Positions 35,455 through 47,754 of a stretch of 64,000 bases of DNA are shown one piece after another. Position numbers and translations under genes: made by a program. The notes under the pieces are model-generated. The model was given only the letters and a program-made list of their open reading frames with translations. It searched no databases and was not told the origin of the DNA. The stretch is from Eledone cirrhosa (taxonomy: Eukaryota): positions 219,046,001-219,110,000 of the forward strand of contig OZ024740.1 in the NCBI GenBank assembly GCA_964016885.1, in the 5' to 3' direction. Every line of letters begins with the position of its first letter. The first letter of the stretch is position 1.

Positions 35455-37145
35455 ATAGGGTCCAAAAGGCGATTAAGGAAATGAAAAATGGTAAGGCTGC
35501 TGGACCGTCGGGGATAGTTGCTGAGATGCTGAAGGCACCAGGGGACGTAGGCACTAAACTGGTTACACACATCATCAATCAGCCTATATATGGTGGTGTC
35601 ATACCCAAAGACTGGTGCAGCAGTATTCTCATAAATTGCTACAAAGGTAAAAGGGATGCTCTGGAGAGGAGCAATTATAGGGGTATAAAACTGATGGATC
35701 AGGTTATGAAAGTGGCAGAAAGGATATTAGCACAACTAATTAGAGAAAGGGTCAAACTAGATGAGATGCAGTTTGGTTTTGTGCCTGGGAAAAGTACAAC
35801 AGATGCCCTCTTCTTGGTGAGACAATTACAAGACAGGTTCTTAGAGAAGAATAAGCCACTATACTTAGCCTTAGTTGACCTAGAGAAGGCCTTTGATAGG
35901 GTACCCCGATCTGTCATCTGGTGGTCCCTAAGGAAACTAGGTGTTGAGGAATGACTTGTGAGTACAGTGCAAACTTTGTACAGAGGTGCTGTAAGTAAAG
36001 TCAGGGTAGGAATGGAGTTTAGTGAGGAATTCCAGATACAAGTAGGAGTACATCAAGGTTCAGTCCTCAGCCCGCTCTTGTTCATTATAGTCCTCCAAGC
36101 CATAACAGAGGAGTTTAAGACTGGCTGTCCATGGGAACTTCTCTATGCTGATGATCTGGTTCTTATAGCAGAATCAGTAGAGGAGGTAGAGAATAAATTC
36201 TGGCTATGAAAACAGCAGTTTGAATCAAGAGGACTGAGAGTGAACCTAGCTAAGACAAAAGTGTTGATGAGTAGAAAAGAGGACAAAACTCTGATTCCGT
36301 CAGGGAAATAGCCATGTTTGATATGCAGAAAAGGAATTGGCATAAATTCTATAAAATGCACCCAATGCAGATACTGGGTACACAAGAGATGGAGTGGGAT
36401 AGCAGGCAAACTAATGGGTAGGGAGAAATACGTAGGCAGTAGATGTACAGGGAAATTAGACAGTAGAAGTCGCATTGATAGACACATTTTTCAAATGCAG
36501 ACGGGTGCTATAGAAGTAGTGGATAGCTTCTGGTACCTAGGAGATCAGATAGGCATGGGAGGGGGGTGTTCTGAGGCCATAGTATCTAGAATAAGGACGG
36601 GTTGGAAGAGGTTTAGGGAGCTGCTTCCTCTGCTGACGAAGAAGGGTTTCTCCCTGTGTACGAAAGGCCGATTATATGATGCCAATGTGAGGAGTGCGAT
36701 GCTGCATGGTAGTGAGACATGGGCAGCAACTGCAGAGGATATGCGGTGGCTGGAGAGAAATGAGGCAAGCATCCTCCGTTGGATGTGCAATGTCAATGTG
36801 CATGAACGACCCAGCATGGATGTGTTGAAAGAGAAACTGTGTCTCAGAAGGATAGAATGTAGTGTGCGAGAGACGAGACTGCGGTGGTATGGACATGTGA
36901 TGCACATGGATGATGACCGATGGGTGAGGAAGTGCCAGGAAATGTCAGTTGAAGGAAGACGTGGTAGAGGTAGACCACGAAAAACATGGGCGGAGTTGGT
37001 GAGAACAGACCTCAGATCACTGAAGCTCACGGTGGAGATGATGAAGGACCGTGACAAGTGGAGAGATGCTGTGCTGAATAAGACCCGTGCCACCCTTGAA
37101 AGCAGGGAAAAGCGGACATAAAATGATGATGATGATTATGACGAT
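35455..37145 (+). mobile_element. RTE LINE (subfamily B), 5'-truncated with in-frame stops
   Basis: ORFs 35481-35954, 35958-36209, 36318-37121: GKAAGPSGI, QGSVLSPLLF, LYADDL. Confidence 0.95.
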
Positions 37146-37169
37146 GTATGCATACATACATATATATAT

Positions 37170-37745
37170 ATCAATACTCCACCAACATGCCAAAATAAAA
37201 CATAGGGGCACATTAGAGAACATAGAGATAAACATTATATTCACACTCAGAAAAGATGAAATGCTCTGACAAATCACAGAGGCAACAAATATAAACGAAC
37301 TCCAACCAAAATTAAACAGAAAACATCACAATTAGTAATTAAAGCCAAAATGAAGACTTACAGACACACAAAAACCAAACTATCAAAACAAATCACACAC
37401 ACACAGATAGAACAAAAAAAAACAACAACTAGTGACAAATAAATAAACACATAAGTAAATAAATAAAAACACAAACACACACCTGGATGTAATGCATGCA
37501 CAAACTAAGCACACAACACACAACACAAAAACAAGATGGTGTAGGACAGAACAAAGGTGAGACACACAAAAAATAAAAACCTAGTCACTGAGGAGGTCAC
37601 AGAATGTGTGTCGAAAGGGCTTTGACAATATATAATCAACCTTCCAGATATTGAACCAACCAACCAACCAGAAATTTATAATAAATTGAAGTGAAAACTA
37701 ACAGGTGCATGTGTTTTTATTGGCAACATGACCCTTCCAAAGTAT

Positions 37746-37752
<7 letters not shown>
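37170..37752 (+). mobile_element. Penelope-like element 3' end (GIY-YIG C-terminus + terminal repeat region)
   Basis: ILHQHAKIKHRGTLENIEINII...QITEATNINELQPKLNRK aligns with the 21.3-kb ORF; ends atgacccttccaaagtataacaatat like 22474-22500. Confidence 0.85.
37584..37626 (+). ncRNA. Minimal type I hammerhead ribozyme in Penelope 3' region
   Basis: gtca CTGAGGA ggtcacagaatgtgtgtc GAAA gggc TT tgac; perfect 4-bp stem I. Confidence 0.75.
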
Positions 37753-37809
<57 letters not shown>

Positions 37810-37812
<3 letters not shown>

Positions 37813-37975
37813 CAGGATGGATTCAGTTTGAAACTGGTTAGACCATTACTCAACAGAGTACTCAATACTTGGGGTAGAAGAGTATGGTTATATTATAAAG
37901 AGTTGGGACTCGATGGCTGAGCTCTTATTATTATCAAGAGCTCAGCTGCCAGGTCTCGACGCTTTATAATATATA
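37810..37975 (-). repeat. Fold-back fragment of the HHR family seen at 60331
   Basis: Arms 37891-37926 / 37936-37971 meet beside the gagctc palindrome; tail agagtactcaatactt shared with 60475-60490. Confidence 0.65.
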
Positions 37976-38004
37976 AAATTACAAGTAACGAAACGAGCTG
38001 TGTG

Positions 38005-38185
38005 ATTACTGTAAACAAAGTTTAAGATGGTAATATGGATGAAACAAGAGAAGAAATCCTTCATCAGCTGTAAACCGTATATATATATATGCGCTGAAAC
38101 ATCTATGATCTACGGTTTACAGCTGATGAAGGATTTCTTCTCTTGTTTCGTCCATATTAACATCTTAAACTTTGTTTACAGTAAT
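38005..38185. repeat. Fold-back insertion, ~75-bp arms, containing CTGATGAAGG
   Basis: 38005-38079 is the reverse complement of 38111-38185; rest of HHR core not found. Confidence 0.75.
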
Positions 38186-38399
38186 ATATAATATATTTAT
38201 ACAATATATATTGTCTGCACATTAGACAACAGTCCTTATTCTCTTCTGTTTTACTATTTCGCTCCTTTCTGCTATTTTTCTCCTTTGGCTAAGTCCTTGT
38301 GCACTCTATATTTGTGTAACTTGCCTAAAAGCCTAACTTGTCTCTACCTGTTTTGTTTTTTTCCATTGTCTTTGCCCTGTGCGGTCCCTATATAATATG

Positions 38400-38592
38400 T
38401 AGATTTCTGAGTTGTGTCAGGGGGTAAACACAATTATAAAGGGTACTCAATACATTGGTAGAGTATTTACTTATTGTAGAAATGACTTCTATAGGACTAG
38501 AACTGTTTCACTTGTTTGAAATAATCAGGGATGTCCTGATGATTTCATACGAATGAAACAGTTCTAATCCTGTAGAAGTCCTTTCTATATAA
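38400..38592. ncRNA. Fold-back HHR pair, same family as 33981 (intact core at 38533-38578, plus strand)
   Basis: gtc CTGATGA tttc-atac-gaat GAAA cag-ttctaatc-ctg TA gaa; tail 38400-38478 is the reverse complement of 34090-34168. Confidence 0.75.
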
Positions 38593-39089
38593 AATAATGT
38601 ATATGCATATAATGTATCAGCAAAAAATGCATCAGCTACCTTGCTGGTAGTGCAGTTTCCTGAATTAAGATGATACTGCATCTGTAATACCAGTTTGTGC
38701 AACAGAACAGAGCTCGCCCTGTTGGTGTGATGCATGTGAAATGATAAGAAAAGAATAGACTAGACATTTTTACAAGTGCCTTACAAAGAAAAGGGAAACA
38801 TACATGAACATTCACAACTAGAATTGAATGAACAAGAGATTGTGCATGTAGATGTACAACAAAAGAAGCCAGAAAGAGGGGAAAATTGACTGTTGCTGTT
38901 GATGATGATGCTGACACTCACACTCACACACAGCCAGTACTTTTGGTTGGTTTTCTTGGTGATACATTTTTTAACTGTTGTGTTTACTCTGGACCTAATG
39001 TTTGTTTTTAACTTTCAATCCATTGAATGCTTTGTGATTGCCTCAAACAAATCAAATAGTACTTACTGTACAACAGCTAAACTTCGATT

Positions 39090-39149
<60 letters not shown>

Positions 39150-39314
39150 CATCATTATCATTGTTAATATACAGCTTCCATGCTAGCATGGATTAGACGG
39201 GTTTGTCCCATTTAGAGGCAAGTTGGGTTGGGTGACCGCATCTTGCTCATATAGGACTGTTTCTGGCTAGTTTTCTATGGCTGGATGCCCTTCTTAGCGC
39301 CAACCACATTTACA

Positions 39315-39360
<46 letters not shown>

Positions 39361-39361
39361 A

Positions 39362-39530
39362 TGTAAAAGGTAAACAGAAATAACAACACAACCGGTACAG
39401 TATATGGAAGGAATGTATTAGGTTAACGCTTGAAATAGCAGGATGAGGGTCTTAACGTTTTAGATGCTAGTCCTTCATCAGAAGAAAGAATGAGAAATTA
39501 GATAGATTGAAGGGACGGGCGGGTTGGAAT
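39362..39530 (-). mobile_element. Short repeat carrying a decayed HHR (39450-39485)
   Basis: tctt CTGATGA aggactagcatct AAAA cg TT aaga (G12 to A); homologous to 27935-28061 and, more distantly, 63870-63990. Confidence 0.65.
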
Positions 39531-39913
39531 TGGAAAAAATGTTTTTAGAAAAAAATAACAGGTCCATTCATGTGCCATATATATATATATAATTGTTAAT
39601 TACTGTGTTGCTTATTTATAAGAGTTGTGTTGCGATGTCCCATTGATAAACAGGTGTAAGCAGGCAAGAGCACTCCACATTATGGTGGTGATCAAACTTG
39701 ATTGAGTTTCTATGTATGAAATTAATGTTAAGGCAGATGTTACACAATCATATTTATTGGATAATATGATTATGTAACATATGTCCTCACATTCATTTCA
39801 TACATAGATATGTATGTGTATATATATATATGTGTGTATGTGTGTGTGTGTTTGTGCAAGCATGTGTGTGTGTGTGTCTATGTGTGTTTGTGCATGTGAG
39901 TGAGTGTGTGTGT

Positions 39914-40011
<98 letters not shown>

Positions 40012-40249
40012 CGCGTGCGTGTGTGTGTGTGTCTGTGTGTCTGTGTACAAGTGTGTGCATGATGATAAGGATCATCATCAGCAGCAGCAGCATCTATTTT
40101 ATACCAGCCTTCCATGATGGATGGGTTGAATAGATCGGAGGTCTTTGTCTCTCTCTCCTATGTTTCATTTTTGACATGGTTTCTATGGCTGGATACACTT
40201 TCATCACCAACCCATTAGATATGAATGGATAAGAGAATGAATGAAAGTG

Positions 40250-40950
40250 AGAATGTCTGTCACCAAAAAAAAAGAAGAAAAATTATAACTTTAGATCAAA
40301 CACTCGAAATCATTAAAAGATATGAAAGTGGTATAAGCAAGATCATGTTAGAGAGCTCTTTCAGAATGAATTGAGCAACAATATGAACCATAATGTAACA
40401 AGCTGATTATTATATGAAGAGAGATGCCTTCATCTTCAACTGTAATGTAATCTACTCAAGATTAAAGTAAGAAAATGATTGAAATAGAACATTTGTTACC
40501 AATATTGATGGAAGACTGTAATCAGATCCACATATTACTTAGTACCTACACCACTAATACTTGTAGAAAGTCTTTGAGCCCTTTCTCCAAGAAGATAATG
40601 TAATGGTAATCAAAATAGACTTTATAGGTGACTTTGTCTGGTTTGAATGGTTTAAAAAGTTTACTGCGTACATTTATAATTCAAAGTGAATGTGTAAGTG
40701 CTGATCAAGAAGCTGAATAAAATAAAATTTTAAGAATTAAAAAAAATGTAGAAGGGAAAAAAAAATGATGACAGGTAGATGATCAATGTTGACAAAACTG
40801 CTGTATTTTTGAAGTACATGCCCACAAAATCCTCCCTTGGGAAAGAGGACAGAAAATTGGTTTCTAGTTATAAAACAGGATTTTAATGGGAAGAAATATT
40901 GAAGGCAATTTTAAAGTAAAACCAATAGTTATAAACTGTACTCAAAATAA
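40250..40950 (+). pseudogene. Tigger/pogo transposase remnant (N-terminal part)
   Basis: ITLDQTLEIIKRYESG (CENP-B-type HTH), WFEWFKK, NVDKTAVFLKYMP (first DDE Asp motif); many stops. Confidence 0.7.
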
Positions 40951-41643
40951 TACAGAATTACCAGTCATGTGGTTAGGGCTGAATTAAGTCCTTTTGAGAC
41001 CCTAAAGATTATGGTGCCCCCACTTCATATATAAAGTCTGCAAAAGAATAATACTTTTGAGGAATAACAAATACATTTAATTTGAATAAAATGATGTCCT
41101 TCTTCCCTTGATGTCTTAAACATCATTATTTTGCTTAAGGCATGTGGTGTTCTAATGAAAGTGTGTGAATAATGAAGTTATTTTTTGAAGATTGGATGAA
41201 GGTCTCTTTCTGTCCATTGGTAAATATGTCTTATCTTCATGAAGTATTAGATTTGTGGTTGTCTCATCTATTTATTGTTGAAGTTCCTGAATGTAATTTA
41301 TTTTGTGTTTCTTCCTCACACATATCAACTGTGGAATCCTCTTCTGGCTTCTTGCTTTTCTGACCCCTACAACATCAATCATCAATCATCATCTCTTTCT
41401 TTAAATTATGATCTCTCTGTCTTGTCCTTCTCCCTTCTCAGTAAGTCCTTGCATTTTAGTAGTTTGATTGCTTTGCTTGGGTGAAAAAAGTAAAAAAAAA
41501 AAAGAAAAAGATATTGGGGACAAACTGATCTTATTTTTAAAGTTTTGTTGAATATAAATAATGTTTTTGACCCCCCCCCCCCCAACACACATCCCTTTGT
41601 AATAAATGACAAGTGAAAAACGCAAAAATTGTATTGCTGCCTT

Positions 41644-42084
41644 TTAACACATTAGCATTTAAACCAGCCATATCTGGCCAGAATTCTCTCACCTATTTCT
41701 GTCCAAACTGGCCATCACCAGCCATTCATACTGATGTTAAGGTATTGTTCTCAAAATAAATAATATCAAAATCTTATACTTTTGATATGTGAAATAATTA
41801 TGTGAGATAAAGCCTTTACTGCAGAAATACAATTCTCTCACCTATTTCTGTCCAAACTGGCCATCACCAGCCACTCATACTGATGTTAAGGTATTGTTCT
41901 CAAAATAAATAATATCAAAATCTCATACTTTTGATATTATGTGAAATAATTATGTGAGATAAAGCCTTTACTGCAGAAATACAATAGTAAATATGGAGTA
42001 ATGTAAATACTTGTTTCTACTTTAGGCACAAGGCCATCAATTATCCAGTGCATTACTGGAGTAATGTAAATACTAAAGGGTTAA
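41644..42084. mobile_element. TTAA MITE family 1 copy with internal tandem duplication and a SINE-tail insert
   Basis: 41682-41832 repeated from ~41833; ends taaatactaaagggttaa. Confidence 0.7.
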
Positions 42085-42085
42085 C

Positions 42086-42450
42086 ATGAAATCTATTTTA
42101 CAACCCATGGATCTTGGAGTCATTGAAACTTTTAAGATCAATAATCTAAAAATCACCTTTGAACAAGATACTACAAATAGTAACTTAATTTTGTTGGGGA
42201 AGTTCTGGGAGAAATTTAACAGAAAATACAGTGGAAAATATTCAAGAGTCATGGTAGTGATATCAGGTAAAATAACTGCATGGAAAGAATTTTTGCTTCA
42301 TTGTGCAAATGATTTTGTTGGGTTTAGCTCACAGAAATTGCCACCACTGGGTGTAAGTTAGGCTTTAATGACTAGATTTAGCACATGTGTAGGAATTATT
42401 GAACTCACATTGTGAAAAATTAAGAGACAGCAATCTCATTAACATCAACC
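42086..42450 (+). pseudogene. Tigger/pogo transposase remnant (C-terminal part)
   Basis: SILQPMDLGVIETFK equals the QPMDQGVI DDE motif. Confidence 0.7.
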
Positions 42451-42552
42451 AACATGGCAGTAGATTGGCAGAATTATTAGGGCATCAGATGAAGTGCTTT
42501 GTTATATTTTGTCTCACCTTTTATGTGACACTGAGGTCAACTTTGCCTTTCA

Positions 42553-42830
42553 TTCTTCTTCTTCTTCTTCTTCTTCTTCTTCTTCTTCTTCTTCTTCTTG
42601 AGGTCATGTGGACAGAGTCCTCCTCAAACACTCCTTGCAGGAGTATCAGAAGGTCTTGTCAGAAGCAACCATCTCCAACTGATCTGGCTGGATCCTGGAT
42701 GTTATCCAACCATCTTGTTCAGGGTCTACCCCTGGGTCTTTTGCCAAAGCCCATAAAATCTGTCCAGCGATTCTTCCCAGAGACATTCTAACCACATGCC
42801 CGTAGTATCGGAACTGTGATCTCTCAAATC
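42553..42830 (-). mobile_element. RTE-clade LINE 3' end with (GAA)n tail, inserted into a family-2 SINE
   Basis: RSQFRYYGHVVRM motif; flanks gaggtcaactttgcctttcat | gaggtcaataaaataaaatacca rejoin to the SINE core. Confidence 0.7.
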
Positions 42831-43989
42831 CGAGGTCAATAAAATAAAATACCAAATCAATACTGTGGTATTTCTCCTGGCCTTATATATCCGATATTCA
42901 AATCACACTGAGGTCAACTTTGCCTTTCAACCTTCTGGAATCAATAAAATAAAGTAGCAGTCCAGTATCAAGGTCATCATCATCATCATCATCATCATCA
43001 ATTAATTTTCATTTTTCTACACTGGCATAAGTTAGACGAGTTACCCTGTTGTGAGCAATGCCAGGTCAGGTGATCATATCTTGCTCATACAGAATCAATT
43101 TCCACTTTATTTTTACAGCTGGATATCCTTCCTAATGCCAACCTTATTTACAGTGAGTACTGGGTGTTTTTTGTCATGACTCCTACATAACCACTTTACA
43201 GTGTGCCCTGGGCGCTTTTTGCCATGTCACAATCACAACCACTTTACAGTGTGTGCTGGAGGCTTCACTGGATGTATACTTCAGCTTGTCCTCACGGGAG
43301 ATGTATGGGAGTGGGTGTGGTGGGGTGGTGCATACTATATATGCTTCAGCTTTGGCCTGTGCCCGTGGGAAGTTGGGTCTTCTGTATTACTGCGTAGCAC
43401 GAGAGATCTAAGTCCTGTGTCAATTCAACTGATTTTCCCCTCACCCCATCCACACTAAAATTGTGCCTAAATTCAAATCCATTAGCATCAATCAACAGTG
43501 AACCTATGAATATAATAATGAGAAACAGACCGAGGGAGAAAGTGCTTCAAAAAGGGGAAAAGAATTTGCAATATTTTCATAAACATTTGAAATAAATTAA
43601 GGACTTTGATCCACATTTTGAAAGAAGTATGCAATCATTCAATGATTGATGAAGCACTGAACTGTAAGCGGGCTGGATATGAGGAGAGGAGAAAACAGAA
43701 GAGCTTTCAAACTACATTATATAAATTTTTGTCAAAAGAAGAAAAATAGGTTAAAGTTGGTTTATACATTAATTGCATTTGCAATTTTTAGAATCTCATT
43801 TTGTTTCTGTTAACATAATATAAATAGTTAAATATAAATGTTTATATTTATCTAAAAACCTTTCATCACAATTTTATGAAAGAATCTTTGTTTAGTTGTG
43901 CTCCAAACATCAGGTTTTAGATAAATATCAACAAATATATGTATAACAAATATATGTATGTATATATATATATATATATATATATACAT

Positions 43990-44060
<71 letters not shown>

Positions 44061-44267
44061 TATATACATATATATATATATACATATATATATAAAATCA
44101 TAATTATGATACACACACATACAATATATATGCATAATGGCTTGTGAAGTATTTTTTTGTAGTGCATGCAGTTCAGGGCAGGGTAAGAAGAGTGAGCTAT
44201 ATGGAGCTGAGAGTGAGAAGCTAGAGCCAAATGCAATAAATAGGATACACCAATGCATTATATATAT

Positions 44268-44430
44268 GAGAGAGTCGGATGCCATGCTTTCCAGCATAGT
44301 TACATCCCTTTACGGTCTGAGTTCAAATCCCGCCGAGGTTAACTTTGCCTTTCATCCTTACGGGGTCGATAAAATAAAGTACCAGTAATGCACTGGGTAA
44401 TTGCTGGCCTTGTGCCTAAAGTAGAAACAA
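44268..44430 (+). mobile_element. SINE family 2 copy
   Basis: Matches 9351-9529 in reverse. Confidence 0.8.
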
Positions 44431-44592
44431 TTATATATATATATATATATTTAAAGGTTAAACAAGGTTCAATGAATAAATCAAAGAATTATTTTTACAA
44501 TAGATTGGAAGCACTCAACAGAAATGGTTTTCTCAAGTTATTAATATTCATTGAAAGTATTAACAAAAATAGAACTTCATTGTGATCAAGTA

Positions 44593-44659
44593 TATTTTAT
44601 TATACATATTTCAGAGGTACTGAGCTAACTTCAACAGTACGTCCTCATCAGATAAAATA
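44593..44659 (-). ncRNA. Type I hammerhead ribozyme
   Basis: tattttat CTGATGA ggacgtactg-ttgaagttagct-cagtacctct GAAA tatgta TA ataaaata; 8-bp stem I. Confidence 0.8.
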
Positions 44660-45602
44660 AGATGATGCATGACATGCCCTGACAAAGTAGATGGTTAAGA
44701 TCCAGTCATGGTAGTGAGTAAGATATGACAAAATTCAATATTTATATACCTTAAGATTGATTCATGAAAAAACTTACATATAATACATATAATACAGAGG
44801 GTGCGTGTAAGAAAGCTTAAAAATACATAACAGTAATTTACATAACTGTTAGAGATTCAAATAATTATTGAAGAAAGAGGAAAGAAAAAAGACAGAGAGA
44901 AAACATATGAGGAGAAAATATAGCTAGAAGAGGTATAGAGAGCAAAGGAAAATTGATCAAGAAATGGGAGACAAAGAGGAATAATTATAATTATAGGGAG
45001 GGATGTATAGGGAGGGATGTATGATATATATCAATACACAACTATACATTTGGGCATAGCAATGTGATAGAGTAAACTAGAATCATTGAATTATTGAATT
45101 ATCTAGAAATATTCATCAATCTAAATCCTAACTATAACTGGGCGTAATCAATAAAGGTTAATTTCCTCAGTTAATTAGGTATATATACTATCCAAATGTG
45201 TCCTGTTGACTGTTAACTTTCAAATCCTTTAAGTTAGTTCAGAGTAATGAATTAATTAAAGTGTATAATATTTCAGGCTATAAAAGTTTATAAATATCTG
45301 TATTAATATTAAAGTATACTATCATATTTAATTTATAAAATCATATTATATGAATTCATATTTAAACTATTTGTAAACATGAGAGAGAAAACATGTTATT
45401 TTCATCCTCTTGAAGGTAAATCTTAATAATTTTATTATAGTATATTTAATTATTATATTGAAGATATAATTTAAAAAAAATTCAGATTAACAATTAGAAT
45501 GCGTTAAAGCATCAAAAGGCCTTATAATTAAACTTAAAAAAGGTTATTATTAAATTAGATATATGCATTTGTCTAAATATAAACAAAGATGCGTATGAAG
45601 AT

Positions 45603-46032
45603 GCGTGATGCTGCATGGTAGTGAGACATGGGCAGCAACTGCAGAAGATATGCGATGGCTGGAGAGAAATGAAGTAAGTATACTCCGTTGGATGTGCAAT
45701 GTCAATGTGTGTGAAGGACCAAGCATAGATGAGTTGAGAAAGAAACTGGGTATAAGAGGGATAAGTTGTGGTGTGCAGGAGAGAAGGCTGAGATGGTATG
45801 GACATGTGATGCGCATGGAGGATGACTGATGGGTGAAGAAGTGCCAGGAAGTCCCAGTGGAGGAAAGACGCAATAGAGGTAGACCACGAAAAACATGGGT
45901 GGATGTAGTGAGAGCAGACCTCAGATCGCTGAAACTCACCGAGGAGATGACGAAGGACCGTGACGGGTGGAGAGATGCTGTGCTGAATAGGACCCGTCCA
46001 ACCCTTGCAAGCAGGAAAAAGCAGACATAAGT

Positions 46033-46063
<31 letters not shown>

Positions 46064-46065
46064 AA
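45603..46065 (+). mobile_element. RTE subfamily B 3' fragment
   Basis: [16 protein letters not shown]...[11 protein letters not shown]...GRPRKTW; (GAT)n tail. Confidence 0.92.
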
Positions 46066-46074
46066 TAAATCGCC

Positions 46075-46476
46075 TTCCCGACATGCAAAGTTAACCAACA
46101 GCCAGTAGGCCCCTCCAAACCAAACATACACCTCAACCCACTACCCCTACTCCTCCTTCCACTCCCACCAACACCACCCTTTCTCTATAAAGTTATGTTG
46201 CTACCACAACATCCATTCCAAACTAATGAGGTTGTGCAGGTGTCACAAAAAGAAAAATACACAGTCCACGCTGTAATGTGGTCATGTAGTTAACAGTAAA
46301 AAGCTCCCAGTCCACACTGTAAATGTGGTTGGTGTTAGGAAAGGCATCCAGCCATAGAAAACCTGCCAGATAGTCCTATACGAGCGAGACACGGTCACCT
46401 AACCAATCTTGCCTCAAATGGGACAATTCCCAACTAACCCATACTACCGTGGAAATTAGACGTTAAACAATGATGA
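46075..46476 (+). mobile_element. RTE subfamily C-related 3' UTR, diverged
   Basis: Similar to 52560-52978. Confidence 0.75.
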
Positions 46477-46501
46477 TATATATAAATATATATATAGTAA
46501 A

Positions 46502-46760
46502 TCGTGGAGGTGCCACGGCAAAAAAGCACCCAGCCCACACTGTAAAGTGGACGTGTAGGCGCCACGAAAAAGCACCCAGCACTCACTGTAAATGAGGTTG
46601 GTGTTAGGAAGGGCATCCAGCTGTAGAAATCAAGCCAAATCAGTTCCTGTATGAGCAAGACAAGGTCAGCCGACCAGACACTGCCCACAACAGGACAACC
46701 CGTCTAACCCATGCTAGCGTGGAAGAACGGACGTAAAACAGTGATGATGATGATGATGAT
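46502..46760 (+). mobile_element. RTE subfamily A 3' UTR fragment
   Basis: Matches 27563-27827. Confidence 0.9.
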
Positions 46761-46968
46761 ATATATATTTATATATATTTATATATGGAGGCACATGGCT
46801 TAGTGGTTAGAGCATTGGCCTTGCAATCGAAAGGTTGTGAGTTCAATTCTCAGACCGAGAATAGATTTGGCATATATATATGCCAGACCATAAATAGATT
46901 TGGCATATATATATATATATATACAATAATATTAAATAAATGGAAACTATATTTATAAAACCATATTT

Positions 46969-47027
46969 ATTCTATTATATATATTTCAAGGGTACCAAAA
47001 CTTTGGTACGCTTTCATCAGATAAAAT
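46969..47027 (-). ncRNA. Type I hammerhead ribozyme
   Basis: attttat CTGATGA aagcgtaccaaa-gt-tttggtaccctt GAAA tatata TA atagaat; long stem II, palindromic stem III; truncated sister copy at 19468-19527. Confidence 0.85.
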
Positions 47028-47309
47028 GCAAAGTTTGTTTTATAAATTTTGACATAACCAAGAAAAGATACCTTAATGGTTTTTCTTCCAGAAAACATGT
47101 CGAGTGCTCTGAATCAGTTATAAACATTTATATTTGTTGAATTACCAACAAATTGAATATCCCTTCTGCTTATATATATATAAATGGATAATGATATATA
47201 TATATATATATTTATATATGTATATGTATATGTAAATGTATATATATCTATATCTATATATATATATATATGGATGATGATATATATATATATATTTATA
47301 TACGTATAT

Positions 47310-47700
47310 GGAGGCACATGGCTTAGTGGTTAGAGCATTGGCCTTGCAATTGAAAGGTTGTGTGTTCAATTCTCAGACCGGGTGATGTGTTGTTTCCTTG
47401 AGCAAGATACTTTATTTCACATTGTTCCAGTTTACTCAGCTGTAGAAATGAGATGATAGGGACTGGGGTCCCTATCATTCCACTGCAAAGTGGTCATGGA
47501 GGTGCCACGGCAAAAAAGCACCCAGCCCACACTGTAAAGTGGACATGTAGGCGCCATGGAAAAAAAGCACCCTGCACTTACTGTAAATGAGGTTGGTGTT
47601 AGGAAGGGCATCCAGCTGTAGAAATCAAGCCAGAATCAATTCCCGTCCCACCCTTGCAAGCAGGGAAAAGAGGACGTAAAATGAAATGATGATGATGATG
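47310..47700 (+). mobile_element. Full-length SINE family 1
   Basis: Matches 29441/29844; head-only copy at 46786-46857. Confidence 0.9.
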
Positions 47701-47754
47701 AATATATATATATTGATGATGATATATATATATATATATATATACATATATTGA

